Source of the DNA: Raillietiella orientalis
Taxonomy: Eukaryota
DNA: 64,000 bases
Reading direction: 5' to 3'
Assembly (NCBI GenBank): GCA_036172245.1
Contig: JAYWIR010000032.1
Location: 992,001-1,056,000 of the forward strand
Below are positions 38,150-51,080 of the stretch, piece after piece. Below the pieces are notes generated by a model. The model was given only the letters and a program-made list of their open reading frames with translations, was not told where the DNA came from and searched no databases. The translations under genes were made by a program, and so were the position numbers. Each line of letters starts with the position of its first letter. Position 1 is the first letter of the stretch.

Positions 38150-39070
38150 CCCAAGTCGTCTGCACGGAATGCTGCGGACCGAGAAAGGCCTGCGGGTCGC
38201 GGTGGTCGCTCGGTCCGGCAACCGTGGAACAGACGATCGCTTTTTGGATGAGGTCGAACTTAGCTGGATGCCACTTGACTGGAGGGCGGAGAAGGAAGAA
38301 GTCTGCCGACCAAAAGACCGAAGAATTGGGTGGATATCTTCGTGATGGATGGGTTTCAGTGGAACGTCAAAGGATGAGTCCTGCTACGCCCCTGAAACTG
38401 CATGCATTCCTTGCTAGATAAAGAGCGACGGTTTCAGAAAAGACATAAAGCAGGTTCCGAAAATTGTGAGAAAGATACCAGGAAGGGAAGATGGGACGGA
38501 TAGGACCAGAATCACTAGCTATGCTGCTTGAGGATGAAGGCGATGGTTTCCCGAAAAGTTCGATTCGTATCTCTCGCTCCTGAGGCTGAGAAAACCGAAC
38601 CGAAGAGCGGAGAGCCACTGAGCCTGACGACTTCTGGGCATCTAGATGCACGCTGGCTCCTCTTCGACGGCAGAATTCCCGTTTTTCGATGCCATCCTCC
38701 TGAGAGGACAATCAAGTGGTCGCGAAAAAGGGCAAGATGATGTCCGAAACCGTGGTGTTTGCCCCTCCATCTTCCCAAAAAAAAGAAAATAGGAAAGTCT
38801 CGCATCGTTTTGCTTGCCGCACTTCCCCTCTGAAGGCGCGCTCTCGATCCATCCTCCGAACCAGCCTCCGGGAGGCCGGCCCAGCGCTTCCCGGTGCAGA
38901 CGCCGCCGCAGCCTTCCGAAACTCGAACCTCCGCGGCGACCAATTCTCATGCTTGGGGACGCGCGAGGCCTTTCGCTGCCGCCCAGAGAAAGATGATTCC
39001 TCCTCGCTTTCCGGATCGAATTGCTGGTTCGGACGTGTCCCGCATCATTCTTCTGCATCAAAGATTCATG
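38150..39070 (+). mobile_element. Decayed pogo/Tigger-like DDE transposase
   Basis: Collinear frameshifted motifs: EELGGYLRDGWVSVERQR (CENP-B HTH-like), GHLDARWLLFDG (N.DET..FD-like), RPILMLGDARG (LL.LD...H-like) and IPPRFPDRIAGSDVS (IP...T..LQPLDV-like). Confidence 0.5.
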
Positions 39071-39439
39071 CGGCTCCTTCCCCTTTCTGACGAAAGCGAG
39101 GTAGCACTGGTCAGCCGGAATGCTAGAAAACCCTCTTAACATTAATATAACGGCATTCAGTAGGCATCTTTTTCCCTCCTCCTCCTCTTCCTTTCCCCTG
39201 AAGTTCGGGGATCGCCGACGCTTTCGCTGCCCGCTCGGGATGGAAGAATCCTTCTTCGTCACCTGTAAAGACCCCGTTCATCTCAACGTCCGCTCTTGTT
39301 TTTCGTAATGTTTCAGAGACGCCGTTCCGTGCGGGGCACGTACGAACTGGCTCTCCCGCGTTCCTTGGGCAACCGGTTTTGAGCAAGCGTCTCGCATGTA
39401 CCTTGCTGCATCCAGGATCTGTGCGGACCGCGGAATTCC

Positions 39440-39800
39440 CGCTGATTCATGGCCGCCAGCTCCGCGTTGTCGGCGGCACCGTGCGTCGCGGGTTCAAATC
39501 CCTCCCGGGGAAGGATCGATGCCGAGGAATGGGTGCATCGTGGGTTTCCAGTCCTCCCCCTCCACCCTCAGGATGGCGCTGGTTGCCCTTGGAGGTTCCC
39601 TATGTTGCACTGGTGGAAGCCAGATGCCCCCGTTCACAGACTGGGATTGGAAGTTGACTTTTTGAGGGTCCATCCAGGAATCAAGGAGTGGCGCTTCCCT
39701 TCGGGAAAGTTCGCTTCCCTTTGGGAAGATGGAGCCGCCTAACACGGAGCATGTCGATTCTCCTTCCGGGAGCTGCCTTTCCGAAGTGCCAGAAGAGCGC
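39440..39800 (+). mobile_element. Long SINE-like element, partial diverged copy 4 (5' part)
   Basis: GGCACC..GCGTCGCGGGTTCAAATCC, GATGGCGCTGGTTGCCC, CCAGGAATCAAGGAGTGG and AAGATGGAGC appear in the same order as in copies 1 and 2. Confidence 0.7.
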
Positions 39801-40599
39801 CTCCCTCGACCACTGACGGGCGTATCTGCTGGTGAGCAGACAGGTACATTCTTCCTCGCTCGTGCTTTCACAGAAAGACACCTTCGGGTGTTGGGATGTT
39901 TTCAATATTCTTTTTCTCGTGGCGAGGCAGCCAGATCCCAATACGAATTCGTCCTTGAATCCGGGACGCTCTCGTCAAAGAGGAGAAGATGCACAGAGAT
40001 TTTCCTTCCTCCTTGGCCATTCTTCCCTCTTGAGATTCGATCAAATCTGAGAATGTGGCTGCACCGAGCGACAATTTTCACTTTTCCGTCCTTCCACTCA
40101 AGCCACTCTCCTCTCTTTCCGCGGAGAAATTCTTTTCTCTGGAAGACAAGCCCCGCTCTTCCTAGCAGGAAGAGAAGGAAGCAGTAATGAAAGGACATCT
40201 CCAAGTCCAAACGAGCTGATGTCAGTACGCGTCTCCAGGGAGTGTTGGGGTTCAGCGGAGGAACAACCGGAGAGGGAAAAACCCCGTGAACACGACAGCC
40301 CAGTGTGAAGAAAGCTAATTATCCAAGGCGCTACCCTTGGATCCTAAATGCACAGAGAGTGTCCAAAATGAGCCTCGACAAGAGACAGGATGCCCGGGAC
40401 GTGGAGGTACAGGGGAGGCATTCGCAGTGTGGAATTCACCTTTATTCGTCCAATACGACACGATCGTTAACAACACGGTGTTACCATAGCAGCAGATTGT
40501 CTCTGCCACCATCCGCGATCCGCAATCAGCCTTCATGCCGACGTTTCCATCCATCGGAGGGCATGTAGCAGCTCGCCGCCAACCTCTCACTCCGCGCTT

Positions 40600-41950
40600 C
40601 ATCGAGCTGGCATCTTTACTGCTGGGGGAAAGCACTCGGCACTCCCGCATCGGTTCCACGGATACGCAGAGATGAGATTGCACCGGAGACGAATTGAACC
40701 TTGGACCGCTTCCTGTTCAAGGACCCTTGGGAGCACGAACCTTGAGAGCGCTTTCATCCTACTAAGAAGAGACTTCGACGAAGAGTTCCTTGGGTAGAAG
40801 GATGCCAGCTTCTTGCATCCGGATGGCGAGTGCATGGCATCCACGAGGATATGGAAAGCAACAGAGAGACAGAGCAAAAAAAAAACAAAAAAAACCGATG
40901 AAAGGAATAGAGGAGGAGGAAGTTGCGCTGCCGGATTATTTCTCGAGCTCCGAATCAACAAATTCTTCCGTGACTCTGCCCCATTTTCCTGTTCTTTGGT
41001 CCTGAGAATGATCTTCAGTGCGTAGAGTGTTTTTTTCAAGTTGACTCTTTTTTCCCCATTCTACCGAACAGCTCTTCTACTCTGCAATGTCTTGAGAGTA
41101 TGGTGTTCAGTTGTCGGTCTTCAAATCCCGATCACTTGAAACATCAAAAGCTGGACCGATGCTGCAAGTCCGATGCGCCCCTCACCCCGTAATTCCATGG
41201 CTACTGAAATTTCAAGGCACCGCAATCTATGAGCGCTCCTTTAAACTAAAAGGTGAGAGGAACTGCGGCTGTTTTTCGGTTGGTGGCGCTTGTGCTGAGC
41301 TTTTCGATTGCTTCCTGGAGGTGTCCGGCATCCTGCTAGCTGTGCGTTCTCAGAGACCATCTCACCATTGGGAACGTTGGGTCGACGGTTCCAGGTAATG
41401 TGCTGGTGAAAGAAATGCCTTATATGGACAAAACGCCCCTTTGGGGAGTGATTGGTACCGTTATGATACCACACACAGCGATTTCTGACTTCAGCCCCTT
41501 TCATCAGGACTGATTCAGGGAAGAAGAGAAAGCGTTCGTTCAGGAATGCAAGGAGCCACAACCGGTTGGCGCTGAAAACCACGTCGGATGCATTTCTAAC
41601 CACTTTGCGGCTGGGCAGCCGTTCCCCTGTGTCGGCCGCGAATCGCATGCTCAGAAGATTGCGACGCTGAAGAAGACAGAGCTGCAGGGAGCACGCGGAT
41701 GAAAGGAAGGCGAGAAAGGGAGATTCTCGACTCCGAAGATCAGATGGGCACGGCTGTCCACTAGTCGATGACGAGGGATGAAATCAGCGGAGCGCATCCG
41801 CAGTTGCCCGAGAAGAACCGAAATCCGTGCTCCCATGCGACACCCCGTCTTCACTGGACTGTCCTTAAGGAACTGTCCTCGAAGTTTGCTCTCACAACTC
41901 CTCACGCGAACCTGCTGCTCCTGCAATGTGCATTCTCTGCCGTCACCAAT
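40600..41950 (-). mobile_element. Decayed gypsy-type LTR retrotransposon integrase region
   Basis: ILVDAMH...SSSKSLLSRMKALSRFVLPRVL...ISAYPWNRCGSAECF follows the integrase core pattern (VDAYS...L...F.RFGLP..L...SAPYHP.SNG.AERF). The upstream KLRGQFLK...GCRMGAR resembles the HHCC region. The span probably includes other insertions. Confidence 0.5.
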
Positions 41951-42699
41951 AGCAACGCACTCAGAAGCACGCATCCCCCTTTTTTTGTTCTTTTTCTCGA
42001 AAACGAGTAGGAAAATTTCCCGAGCTTCAGTTATCTTTCCTTTGCTAGTAAGACATGCCAACTGCCAAAGAAGCCTGCCAACCTGCAAGCAAGTAGGGAC
42101 CTGCTTGTTGCCTCGCACATCCTTTGTTTCCCTGTTCCGGGTCCAAAGATGGGGGCACCCAAAGCCGCTCGTGGGGAGGGAACTCGAAGCGCCTGTCGAA
42201 CGCGGAGTTGCGGAAGGAGCGAGACGAAAGCGTCGGGTCTGCGTCAAGCAGCAGGAAGCTCAGGGGCGGTGCTGCTGCTCCTGCCGGTGGGGACGCAAGG
42301 AGCAGACCTCTGCCAAGAAAGAGGAAAAGGAAATTGCTTGGGTGTTTTGAGAGGGGATTCCGGTCGTCAAGGAATTTTTCCCTTTCCCGAAGGCGAGACC
42401 CCTATTCAGCTTCTGCCCGAGATCATCAGACAGCCCACCGTTCTTCACTGCATGAACCCTGCTCTTACCCGGTGACTTCGGGACGTTTATTCCAAAAAAC
42501 AATCACAAGGGGAAAGGAACCTCAAGAAATGCCAAAAAGAAGAAGCTCATCGGGAATGACCACCGGCACACGGAACGAAAGTCTTCCGAAAGCTAGGGAA
42601 CGGAGGGAAGGGCCGATAAATAAATTAAAAAAGACGGGGAGGGTGAGGACAGGGTCTTTGGGCTAAGGGCGCTTCTTTCCTTTTAGAAGCAACTGTGGA

Positions 42700-43210
42700 T
42701 GGTGGCGGTCTCCCTGACGACTTCTGGCAGTTGAGGCCACCTTGCTGCTGTCCTCGTGGAGCCGCTGCCATGCTAGTGGCCTTTCTTCGCTGCGAACCTG
42801 ACTCCAGCACGTAGCGAGCTGCCACCATGGCAAGGATGCAACAGGTTGTTGCGATCACAGCGCCTTTCTCCAGTCCGCCTCCGGTAAAGAAGTGCTGCAG
42901 CAGGTTCGTGGCAGCGTCCTGAGGTCGGGGGATCGCGGAAGCGAGTCTCCGCCGCAAGTCCTCCAACAAAAGGTGCGGGAGCGATTCCATCATCCCGCAC
43001 CTCGAGGAGTTCGGGGAGGCAACTCCCTCGGAAACCGGGTACCTGTGCCGGTTGCACTGGAATCCCCAGTGCAGAAACAGCAGAACATCCCGTTTACACC
43101 GGAGCGGGAACACAGAGGTGTCCACACAAAGGGAAGAGACCACGGGTGGTAAACCAGGAAGTCTAATGGTGAAGCTTTGGAGCACGAACTGGGTGCAAGC
43201 CCGCACGACA
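42700..43210 (-). mobile_element. L1/Tx1-like LINE ORF2 C-terminal fragment (copy G)
   Basis: PLRCKRDVLLFLHWGFQCN...SPNSSRCGMMESLPHLLLE is homologous to copies C, E and F. Confidence 0.65.
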
Positions 43211-43299
43211 GCTGGTCAAGCGAGCCACCGGCTACGCGGGACCGTCTTCGTTCCTGGCGCGGCGTCGCAGACGCAACGTATCCAGCTGCGGACTGGGGC

Positions 43300-44456
43300 T
43301 CCGTCGAGTGGCCAGGCTGACTGGGACCAACGCCTGGATCTCCTGCCGACGTGCGAACGGTAGCGCCTGGTTGCAGGAAACCGCTCGCACGTGGGTCAAG
43401 AGCAGCGAAGCGAGCCCGGAGGTGCGGCAGCGGCTGCTGCACTCCTTCTGCAACAACTGCCCGCTGCAGGACGTCACCAATACGTGTGCGTGGGCGCAAA
43501 GAACGTCCCTAGCCGCGGCACTGCCCTCCCTTAGGGAGCATCAGGACAGTAAAGCTGGCCAGTTGGGAAGTCAGTTCGGAAATCCTTGGAAGGAAGAAGG
43601 GATTAGGTGGTTGGACCACGGGCCAGTCCCCGGACGCTGCGCCCAACCGGAAAGTGCCCAACCGAAAGGACTATTGCTCTGGGATAAGCTGCTGCGAATC
43701 CTACAGGAAGACTTCGAGTGGCCCTTAGCGCTTAAGAACAACCGGACCCTTCCCCTGAAGTGGCAAGAGTGGGCACTTCTGCTGTGGCACTGGGATCTCC
43801 CGTGCAACATCCGCCTCTCTCACTGGACCCAAGGGGCTGTGGATCCCAGCTGTTGGAGGTGCGAGGAAAGAGAATCCCTCCATGCCTCCCGCACCTGTTC
43901 ATTGACTCTGTTGCCCTCCGGACCCTGTGATTGCATTTCGCAACGGCCCTCTGGACACCGACGGACAATCCCAGGGACGTGATGAAGCGCCTCTTCGTGA
44001 GCGCTACATTTTCTCCTTCTGCATCCCCAGCAGCAAAGAGCTGATGGGGATGCGGCAGATCGAGACGTGAGATTGTGGCAGCCTGGAGCCATGCGGGAGG
44101 AAAACGGCGCGATAGGGACGCCATGTGCTGCGCCCTGCGCTTTTTGCAGACAACAACAAGATGTGCCCACGTGGCGCACACTCGGATGGAACTTGCCGGC
44201 ATCCTGGAGTGGATGCAGAAGACGCCCTCTCCAGCTCCTGGTGATCCCTTCCCTAACCCTCACAATCATTTTCGTTTGTATTTTTTTTTGTTTCATTTTT
44301 AATTTTGTTTCCCCCCTTCCCCTCCGCCGCTGAGGCGAACCTCGTCGGCCTGCGCGCCGGTCACTCGGCACACTTTCGGACGTGTTAGGTCCGATGGTCC
44401 GACACATGTATGTTTGTTTTCTATAATAGACGCCCCGGCGTGACCAGGTGATAAAA
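43300..44456 (+). mobile_element. L1/Tx1-like LINE ORF2 C-terminus and complete 3' UTR (copy F)
   Basis: TLPLKWQEWALLLWHWDLPCNIRLSHWTQGAVDPSCWRCEERESL, then structured 3' UTR hairpins and the terminal AATAGACGCCCCGGCGTGACCAGGTGATAAAA. Confidence 0.75.
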
Positions 44457-45721
44457 CCAAGAAGCTCGCTCCGGCGGAGGAGTCCCTTTGCCCGTAATTG
44501 AGGAGTGGCGGCGTTCACCAATTCACTCGTCTTGCAGCCGGCCGGGAGTCTTGCAGTCTCGACTCCTGAAATGTTGCAGAACTTCCACCCTGTCGGTTGG
44601 TTGCTAGCCCTGAGGGCAGACAGTGCTGCGGCAAGGGTTGCGACGGCTGTCTAGGACCATTGCGTCCAATCCTGCGGGAGATCTCCCCGTGGCTTGCATG
44701 GGAGTTTCCGCAGCGGAGGCAGCTCCTCCGACGCATTTCCAGAATGGTCACCCAGGACTCCAGAGACTCCTGGAGCCAGAGTTCCAGTTCATGGGGAGGC
44801 AGGAGATCGATGGATGGGCAAGCAGTAGGGAGGGCAAATACCTCAGGGAGAGAGCCAAATCCGGTCCTACGGCGTCGGTTGCGCGGTAGCAGCTGAAGAA
44901 GTCCTGCGCTGCCCCAACGCATTTCTGGAGGATATGGCGCGGAGGAGCACACCAATGCGAGGACCATAGCTTCCCACACAGGGAACCCCGGAGGCGGTCA
45001 GGTGGACCGGTAGCATCTGGGGCAGAAGCAACGTGGACAGAGAAAAAAAAATCGCAGCGATGTTGAGGTCTCCGGAAACAGCCAAGGACGAAATCTCAAA
45101 GACTCCGCCAGCATTTCCAGTGGAACCAAAAGCTGCTCCAGTGGGAAGACATTCTCAAGATCCCGTGGAAGATGAAAACTTTGATGGGAATCCTTGTGGG
45201 TTCTTTTCTGATCCCCTGTTTTCCCACTAGCTTTTTCTTCTTCTTCGGGTTCTCTTGTTTTTGGCCTCCGCCTTCTGTCTTCGCGATCCCTCCCAGTCGT
45301 CGTTGGAAATCTCCTGCAGGCGTCAGCTGCTCTTGCGTTTCGTTTCTCCCTTCGGCCGTTTCCGGGAAGCAGTCCATGGGAATAGGTCGAAGGCGCGGTG
45401 GATAGCGCACGGTTTCCGGGATGCTCCCCTTTTCTGGCGGGATCGTAACAAAGGTTCCCGGGGAGCGGCGACAACTGCACGAAGCTCCACGCGAGAAGTG
45501 GCCTTCGTTGGGTTCCCTTCGGGGGGAAGGGCGGGAATCACCCAGTGGAACTTGCGCCAGAGGTTGCCACTGATGCTCTCCTCCGAAAGATGACACTCTA
45601 CTACTCTGTGAGAAGATACTGAGCCGGAAGATGCAGCCGGTTCGAAAAGAGATAAAGCTGGCTCTTGCGGTGCCGCCCACGCGGTGGAGAGAAGCAGTTT
45701 CTGGAAGTACCGGGAACCATG

Positions 45722-46070
45722 GTCCCTCCTCCTCCTCCTCCTCTTCCTTTTCCTTATGCGTCACCTCCTCTTCCTTCTGGTCGCAGTCATCGCTAGCGTC
45801 CTCCTCCTCATCTTCCATTCTTCCACTTTTTCCTCCTCCCATCTTTCTCCTCTCCTACTTCCCCTTTTCCTTATCCTCATTCTTAACCTCTTCCTCTTCC
45901 TCTTGGTCGTCGTCGTCGCTGCCGCCGTCTTCCTCTTCCTCCATCTTCCCTCCTTCACTCCTCCGCCTCTTCCCTATCCTTTTCCTTATCCTTTACCTCC
46001 TCCCCTCTTCCTTTTCCTCCTCACCGTCACTGATTCCCCTTTACCCATAATCCTCTTCCTTCATCCTTAA
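45722..46070 (+). repeat. Polypyrimidine (CT-rich) low-complexity tract
   Basis: About 350 bp dominated by TCC/TTCC units. Confidence 0.9.
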
Positions 46071-48099
46071 TTCTCCATGTTCCCCGTCCCTTGCCAGAGG
46101 TCATCTGGTGAGTGTGGGGGAGATGCAGTGGTGAAAGGAAAGCGAGACGGAGCGGCTTCCGAAAGTGACGAAGGGTGGTGACCGCTTGTGTCAAACTCTG
46201 GAGCTCTCGCGCGCGCGAGAAAGCGCGCTGCATTCGAACGGAACCGACGCTCTCGGCTACGGGTTCTGGAGAACTGGTCAAGCGTTCCGGACCTCTCCGT
46301 GTAGATCGGGGTGGTCCACGAGAGAGAGAAAGATCTGGATGAGGTCGAGGTCGAACGTTTCTTCCGCGGGAGTCGAGACGGAACGCGGGAGACGCGCGAT
46401 CGACGACCTCTGGATCTCCTCGCCGGCTCCCTTCCCCGTGGTACTGCCGGATGACGCCCACCACGGCATGAGTTGGGGAAGGAAGGGATCGGGAAGAGGG
46501 AGGCAGTGCGACCGAATCTCCCCCCCTCCCGCAGATGCAGGCTCCGCAGCAGGGAAGCTTCCGCCCCGCCCGCAGGCGGAATGTGTGCAGCGTGGCCAGG
46601 CGGAGTGGTCACCACTGGAGAAGAAAAGAAGCTTTCCGGAACCTCCTGGATCTGAACCAGAGGAAGAGATTTCTCCAAGATGGACCGGCGAAGGGATAGG
46701 GCGAGGAATCCTCCCGAGTGATTCTGGGTCCGCGGAAGGAAATTTTCCGGAAACCTACAGTTCCGCCGGGAACGAAGCGCCCTGGGGCATAGTGCCAGCG
46801 CGGGCAATAGGTCGGAAGCCAAAGGAGAAGGAGTGGATCTCTAAATAAGGAGGTGAAAGGAGGAGAAAAAAGGAAGGAGGAGAAGGAGGAAAAGAGAGGA
46901 AGGGCATGCGACGTCGAGTATGACCATGATGATGATGGGCGTAAGGATGATGATGACGACAATAGGGGGAAGGAAGGGAGATCTCGTGTTCGTTCGCCCG
47001 CTGTCGCCTGAAGGAGTTGGCGAATGGCCGGCGCCGGGTGGGACCCGCGCGCCTCGCCACCCTCCCGTGCTTGCGCGAGGAGTTGCCGCGTCCCTCCCGG
47101 CCATGCGAGCAGCGGCCGTTGGCGGGCGACCTCGCTGGTGGCCGTCCAGCCTGCCACGACGGAAAACTTCCCATTTCCCATTCCGGATTTTCGGCTCCAT
47201 GACCCCGTGACTCCATGGATTGGAAACCGCCGTCCCTTTCCCTCCTTCCTTTCCTTTCCCAGCAAAGAAAGGTTCCTTTCAGGATCGCAGCTTCTCTGCT
47301 GCATCGCCGGATCTCCTGGAGAGGGCGGTGGTCCGCCGACCTTGGTCGAGAGGCAGAAAAAAAAAAAGGAAGCAAGAGAGAGCTGTATCTTCTCAGAGGG
47401 GATACCCACAGGTGATGCTGACGTTGCTGCGAGAGTCACGGTGGGCGCGGTTAAGTTTTTATTTTCAAAATAAGCGTTCTGATTACTTAGCTATTTTTTA
47501 CGGAATAATGGAGATTTTTTATTTGAATTTCTTCTAAAATAATGTGGAGTTAAAATATTTTGTGCTTTATAATTTTTAATATAGATTAATGAATTAATAT
47601 AAATATAATTTAGTAAAAATTTACATGATTTAAATATTATTATGTAACATAAATATATATACATAGATTATTTACTCATTACATATTTATATTAAATTTA
47701 TACCTGATTTTAATTATAATATTTATAAAAAATCTCTCCTTGCCTTCAGGGCATGCCAATGCCACCGCATAACGTTTGGACAGAGAGTTTTCTTTGGGAA
47801 AGGGACGAAACCACGTACTCCCCTTCCAGTGCCTTCAGGGCCCGACCTGTCCTCTCCTTCTTCCAGCCCGTCTGGAGAGGAGTGCCGACCAGCCTGCCAA
47901 AGGTGCTGACCATGGGCGACCACGAGGACGGCCTCTCTCTCTCAAGAGCAAGACAACTGTCGGAACACGCTGCGTCCCCGGAACAGAGCTTGACCCCTGC
48001 ATTGGACAGCCGAGCGGCGACTGCTCCAACTCCAGGGGAAGGTGAAGCCTTGCAGACCGTGACGCTTCCCGGTATCCAAAGGGAGAGAAGATGACGACG

Positions 48100-48345
48100 A
48101 TAGCGATGGAAAATGGAGGAGGACTGAAGGGGAAGGAGTCAAGGAAAAGATGGGGTGTGGGAGAGGGGGATGGAGGTGGAGGAGGAGGAGGAAAAGAAGG
48201 GAGTAGGAGGAGGATCTGGAAGGAGGTGGAGAAGGAAGAAGGGAGAAGGAAAGGGGGTATTGAAAGAGAAAGGGAAAAGAAGGGAAGGGGAGGAATGGAA
48301 GAGGATGGGAGATGGAGGAAGGAGAAGGCGCGAAAGAGAGCTTTT
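48100..48345 (+). repeat. Polypurine (GA-rich) low-complexity tract
   Basis: GGA/GAA-rich run. Confidence 0.85.
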
Positions 48346-49016
48346 CCAGAGAAGCAGGAAAGGGTCCTTCCTTGGAAAATTGCTGTGAAGAGGTGAAAAA
48401 TAGGGAAGGATGGGTGGAGTGACGGTGTCGAAGGCTGATGGATGCTTCACCGGGTTCTTTTGCTTGGACCTACGGGAAAATGAGCCTCCCATTCCGTGCT
48501 CCTGGAAAGCTGATCTGCTCCATCTGGGATTACGCTCTCCACCCCTGTCACGCGACGCAGGGCAGGGGGACCGATCGTAGGCGTCGGCGGCTTGGTGGCT
48601 CTCTGCAGGCTGCGCCGTTCTTCGGGAGGCCGCGGCTGGAATTCCGAGCTGCTCCGGCTCTCTCGCTTCGGGGGTCCATCTCCATTCTCACGTCCTCCTC
48701 CCCTTCTTCCTAAAGGAGGTGCAGCTTCTCTGAGCGTGAGGGACTCTCAGGGGGTCGTAACCACATGTCTGTCTGCCCGCGAGTCCCCCTCCTTGAAGAG
48801 CGGTCTCCAGGGACTCAGTCGGCGGGCGCTCCGAGGCGCTTTCCCCTTTCCCACTCTGACGGGGCTGCCCTCTGCGTCCCTTTGCCGTGGCTGCCGAGCA
48901 GCCGCCGACTATCCAGGCATTTCTTGCAAAGGTCGAGAAGGACCCTCGCCGTTCCTCCGCTTCCCCGGGGAGCGGAAGGGCGCACGGTCCGGAAAGAGGA
49001 GTTCTTAGAGAAATAA

Positions 49017-49022
49017 TTTATT
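49017..49022 (-). terminator. Candidate polyadenylation signal of the Beat-like gene
   Basis: AATAAA on the minus strand, 125 nt downstream of the predicted stop codon, in otherwise GC-rich sequence. Confidence 0.45.
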
Positions 49023-49146
49023 GCTCCCGGAGGAACGGTCCGTCTCCGTTCGTCTTCTTCGGCAGCTGCTCCTGAGAGGGCCTCGCCCCTTCCCGCTCCT
49101 TCGGTGGCGGCGCTGAGCGCCTCGCCGGACTGCGTCCTCGGAGGGT

Positions 49147-49205
49147 TCAGACGATAACCAGCAGCAAATCGATGACCACGTTCATCCAGACTGCGCTAGC
49201 AGGAT
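49147..49205 (-). CDS. Beat-like Ig protein, predicted terminal exon (hydrophobic, GPI-signal-like tail)
   Basis: Acceptor CCGCTCTGTTCCAG|AT. Phase 1 matches the upstream exon and gives DPASAVWMNVVIDLLLVIV*. Confidence 0.65.
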
Positions 49206-50833
49206 CTGGAACAGAGCGGACGGTGGGGACTCCTGAAGGAGGGGAGGGGGAAGAGATATCCCGCCCCTCTCCCACCTTTGTGCGAGCAAGGGTCCTCCCC
49301 CTCTCTCGCCCCTCCCACAGACTCCCGGGATGCCGCTTTCCGGGGACCAGGTTCACCGAGGGCGACCACGGGGGGGGGGGGGGCTGGGGAGAAAGGAAGG
49401 CCAATCCCTCCTGTTTTCGCGGCATCTCCCCTCGAGCTCCGCGCGCGACGCGTTTACCCGGACAGGTCCCTCGGTTTTCATGTCTTCTTGGAAACTCTCA
49501 CGAGATGGGAGTGACCGGCATAAGGGTGGGGGGATGGAAGCAGCTCGTTTTCCCTTTCCTTCTCCACCCGGGGCGAACGGCTCTGCAAGCAACGGGATGC
49601 TGGATGAAGCTGCGCGAAGCCGCATCTCTTAAAGCCGAGGTATCAGAGGTCCGTGTCTCCCCTTCCTCTCTGTCGGGAGCCGCAGGAGATCGCACAGGAA
49701 GGGATCTTATGGGATAGACAGTGGCCTCCCGTCTCTCGGGCTCGCCCAGAAGGGGGAAGCAGATATTCTTCATGGAAATCCTTCCGTCCCTCCGTCAATC
49801 CCATTCCTTCATTCCTGCCTCCTGCCTCCCTGGAGATCTGCCTCTCCTTCCTTGACCTTAAACTCCCGTCCGTCGCCGATCTTCTGCGAAGCGTGGGACC
49901 CGGAGGTCCCGCGGGAGTGGTCCAGGGGGCAGTTGCCAAGGTGATACACCACGGGGAGTGGACGGACGGATGAAAGGCAGCGTAGAGCAACGGAGGTTCG
50001 TTCGCGTGATCGCAAGCGTCATTCAGAACCACCCTCTTCCTCCGCGTGGGACCCCAGGAGCAGGTATGCTCCCCTTTCCCCTGACCCTGCGCGTGCCGCC
50101 TCCGGAGATCTACTCCGGTATGAAGGCGCCTCGCCCTGAGCGGCGGCGCTCTACCGTGCCTGCTGCTCAGCAGAGCCACCAGCGCCCGAGCGCTGCCGGC
50201 GCAAAACGAGCGATGCCTCGAGGGCATCAAGGGATCTGAAAATCCCGCACACGGCCGCAGAGGCAGGGAAGGGACAGAGGGAAGACTTTGATCCAGAGGT
50301 CGCTCAGATCACCCGCGCGACCGGATGACCACCTCAGGAGGCAGCATCCTGGGGTGGTCATCCCTTGAGGTGTCTGGTCTGCTGAGGACAGCCATCGTCT
50401 CCTCGAAAGCTCACAGCCTCGCCAGCGTAGCAAAAGCATGAAGGAGTCGTGGAGGTCTTCGGCACGCACGATGGTGATCTCCCTGGGAACGCCCCTTATG
50501 TTGAGCGTCTCGTCCTCCCAAAGGCCCCGGCCGGATCTTCCTCAACAGGGAGGCTCTCTTTGGGACGGAGTCGACCCTTTTCCGAGAGGAGCAACCCGCC
50601 ATCCAAACGAGAGGGGGCGGGCGTCCGCAGGAAACGCGGCGCTTGACCCTTAGCGTAAGGTCGCTCCCTAAGGCAGGCGCGGAGGCAACGGCAGAGAACT
50701 AAAGCTGGGGGGGGGGGGGGGAACAGGATCTGAGTACGCTGCAGGCACCGCTGCGAGGGCGCGCGGTCGAGGGCGGTGCAGGAGATCCCGAGCGGCAATC
50801 GTCCGGAGGCCAAGAGGAGGCGGGACGCCTCAC

Positions 50834-51080
50834 CTGCGGCAGAGCTTTCCCTGGAGTTCCTGCTCTCCAGCATAGTGACCACCGGCGTCTTCTTCGCGAA
50901 CTCGGACAGGACCACGGCCTGGGTGCGATCGTAGTACGGAGGTATGCGCGCCCGGCAGGAGATCTTCAGCTGGCCGTTCCGGAACTGGTGGGGGCGGATC
51001 TGGAAGCTGAGGCCCAGCACCGACGTCCGCAGCTCCCCCTTTTCTAGGACCGGGTAGTGCACCTGGAACTTGTCGCTGAC
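50834..51080 (-). CDS. Beat-like (beaten path family) Ig protein, exon encoding the second half of the C2-type Ig domain
   Basis: Acceptor CTTTCTTCTCTTGTAG, donor G|GTGAGG. Encodes VSDKFQVHYPVLEKGELRTSVLGLSFQIRPHQFRNGQLKISCRARIPPYY..., where S.LGL.F.....F..G..K..C.A is typical of Beat proteins. Phase 0 start matches the 62.7-kb exon. Confidence 0.85.
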
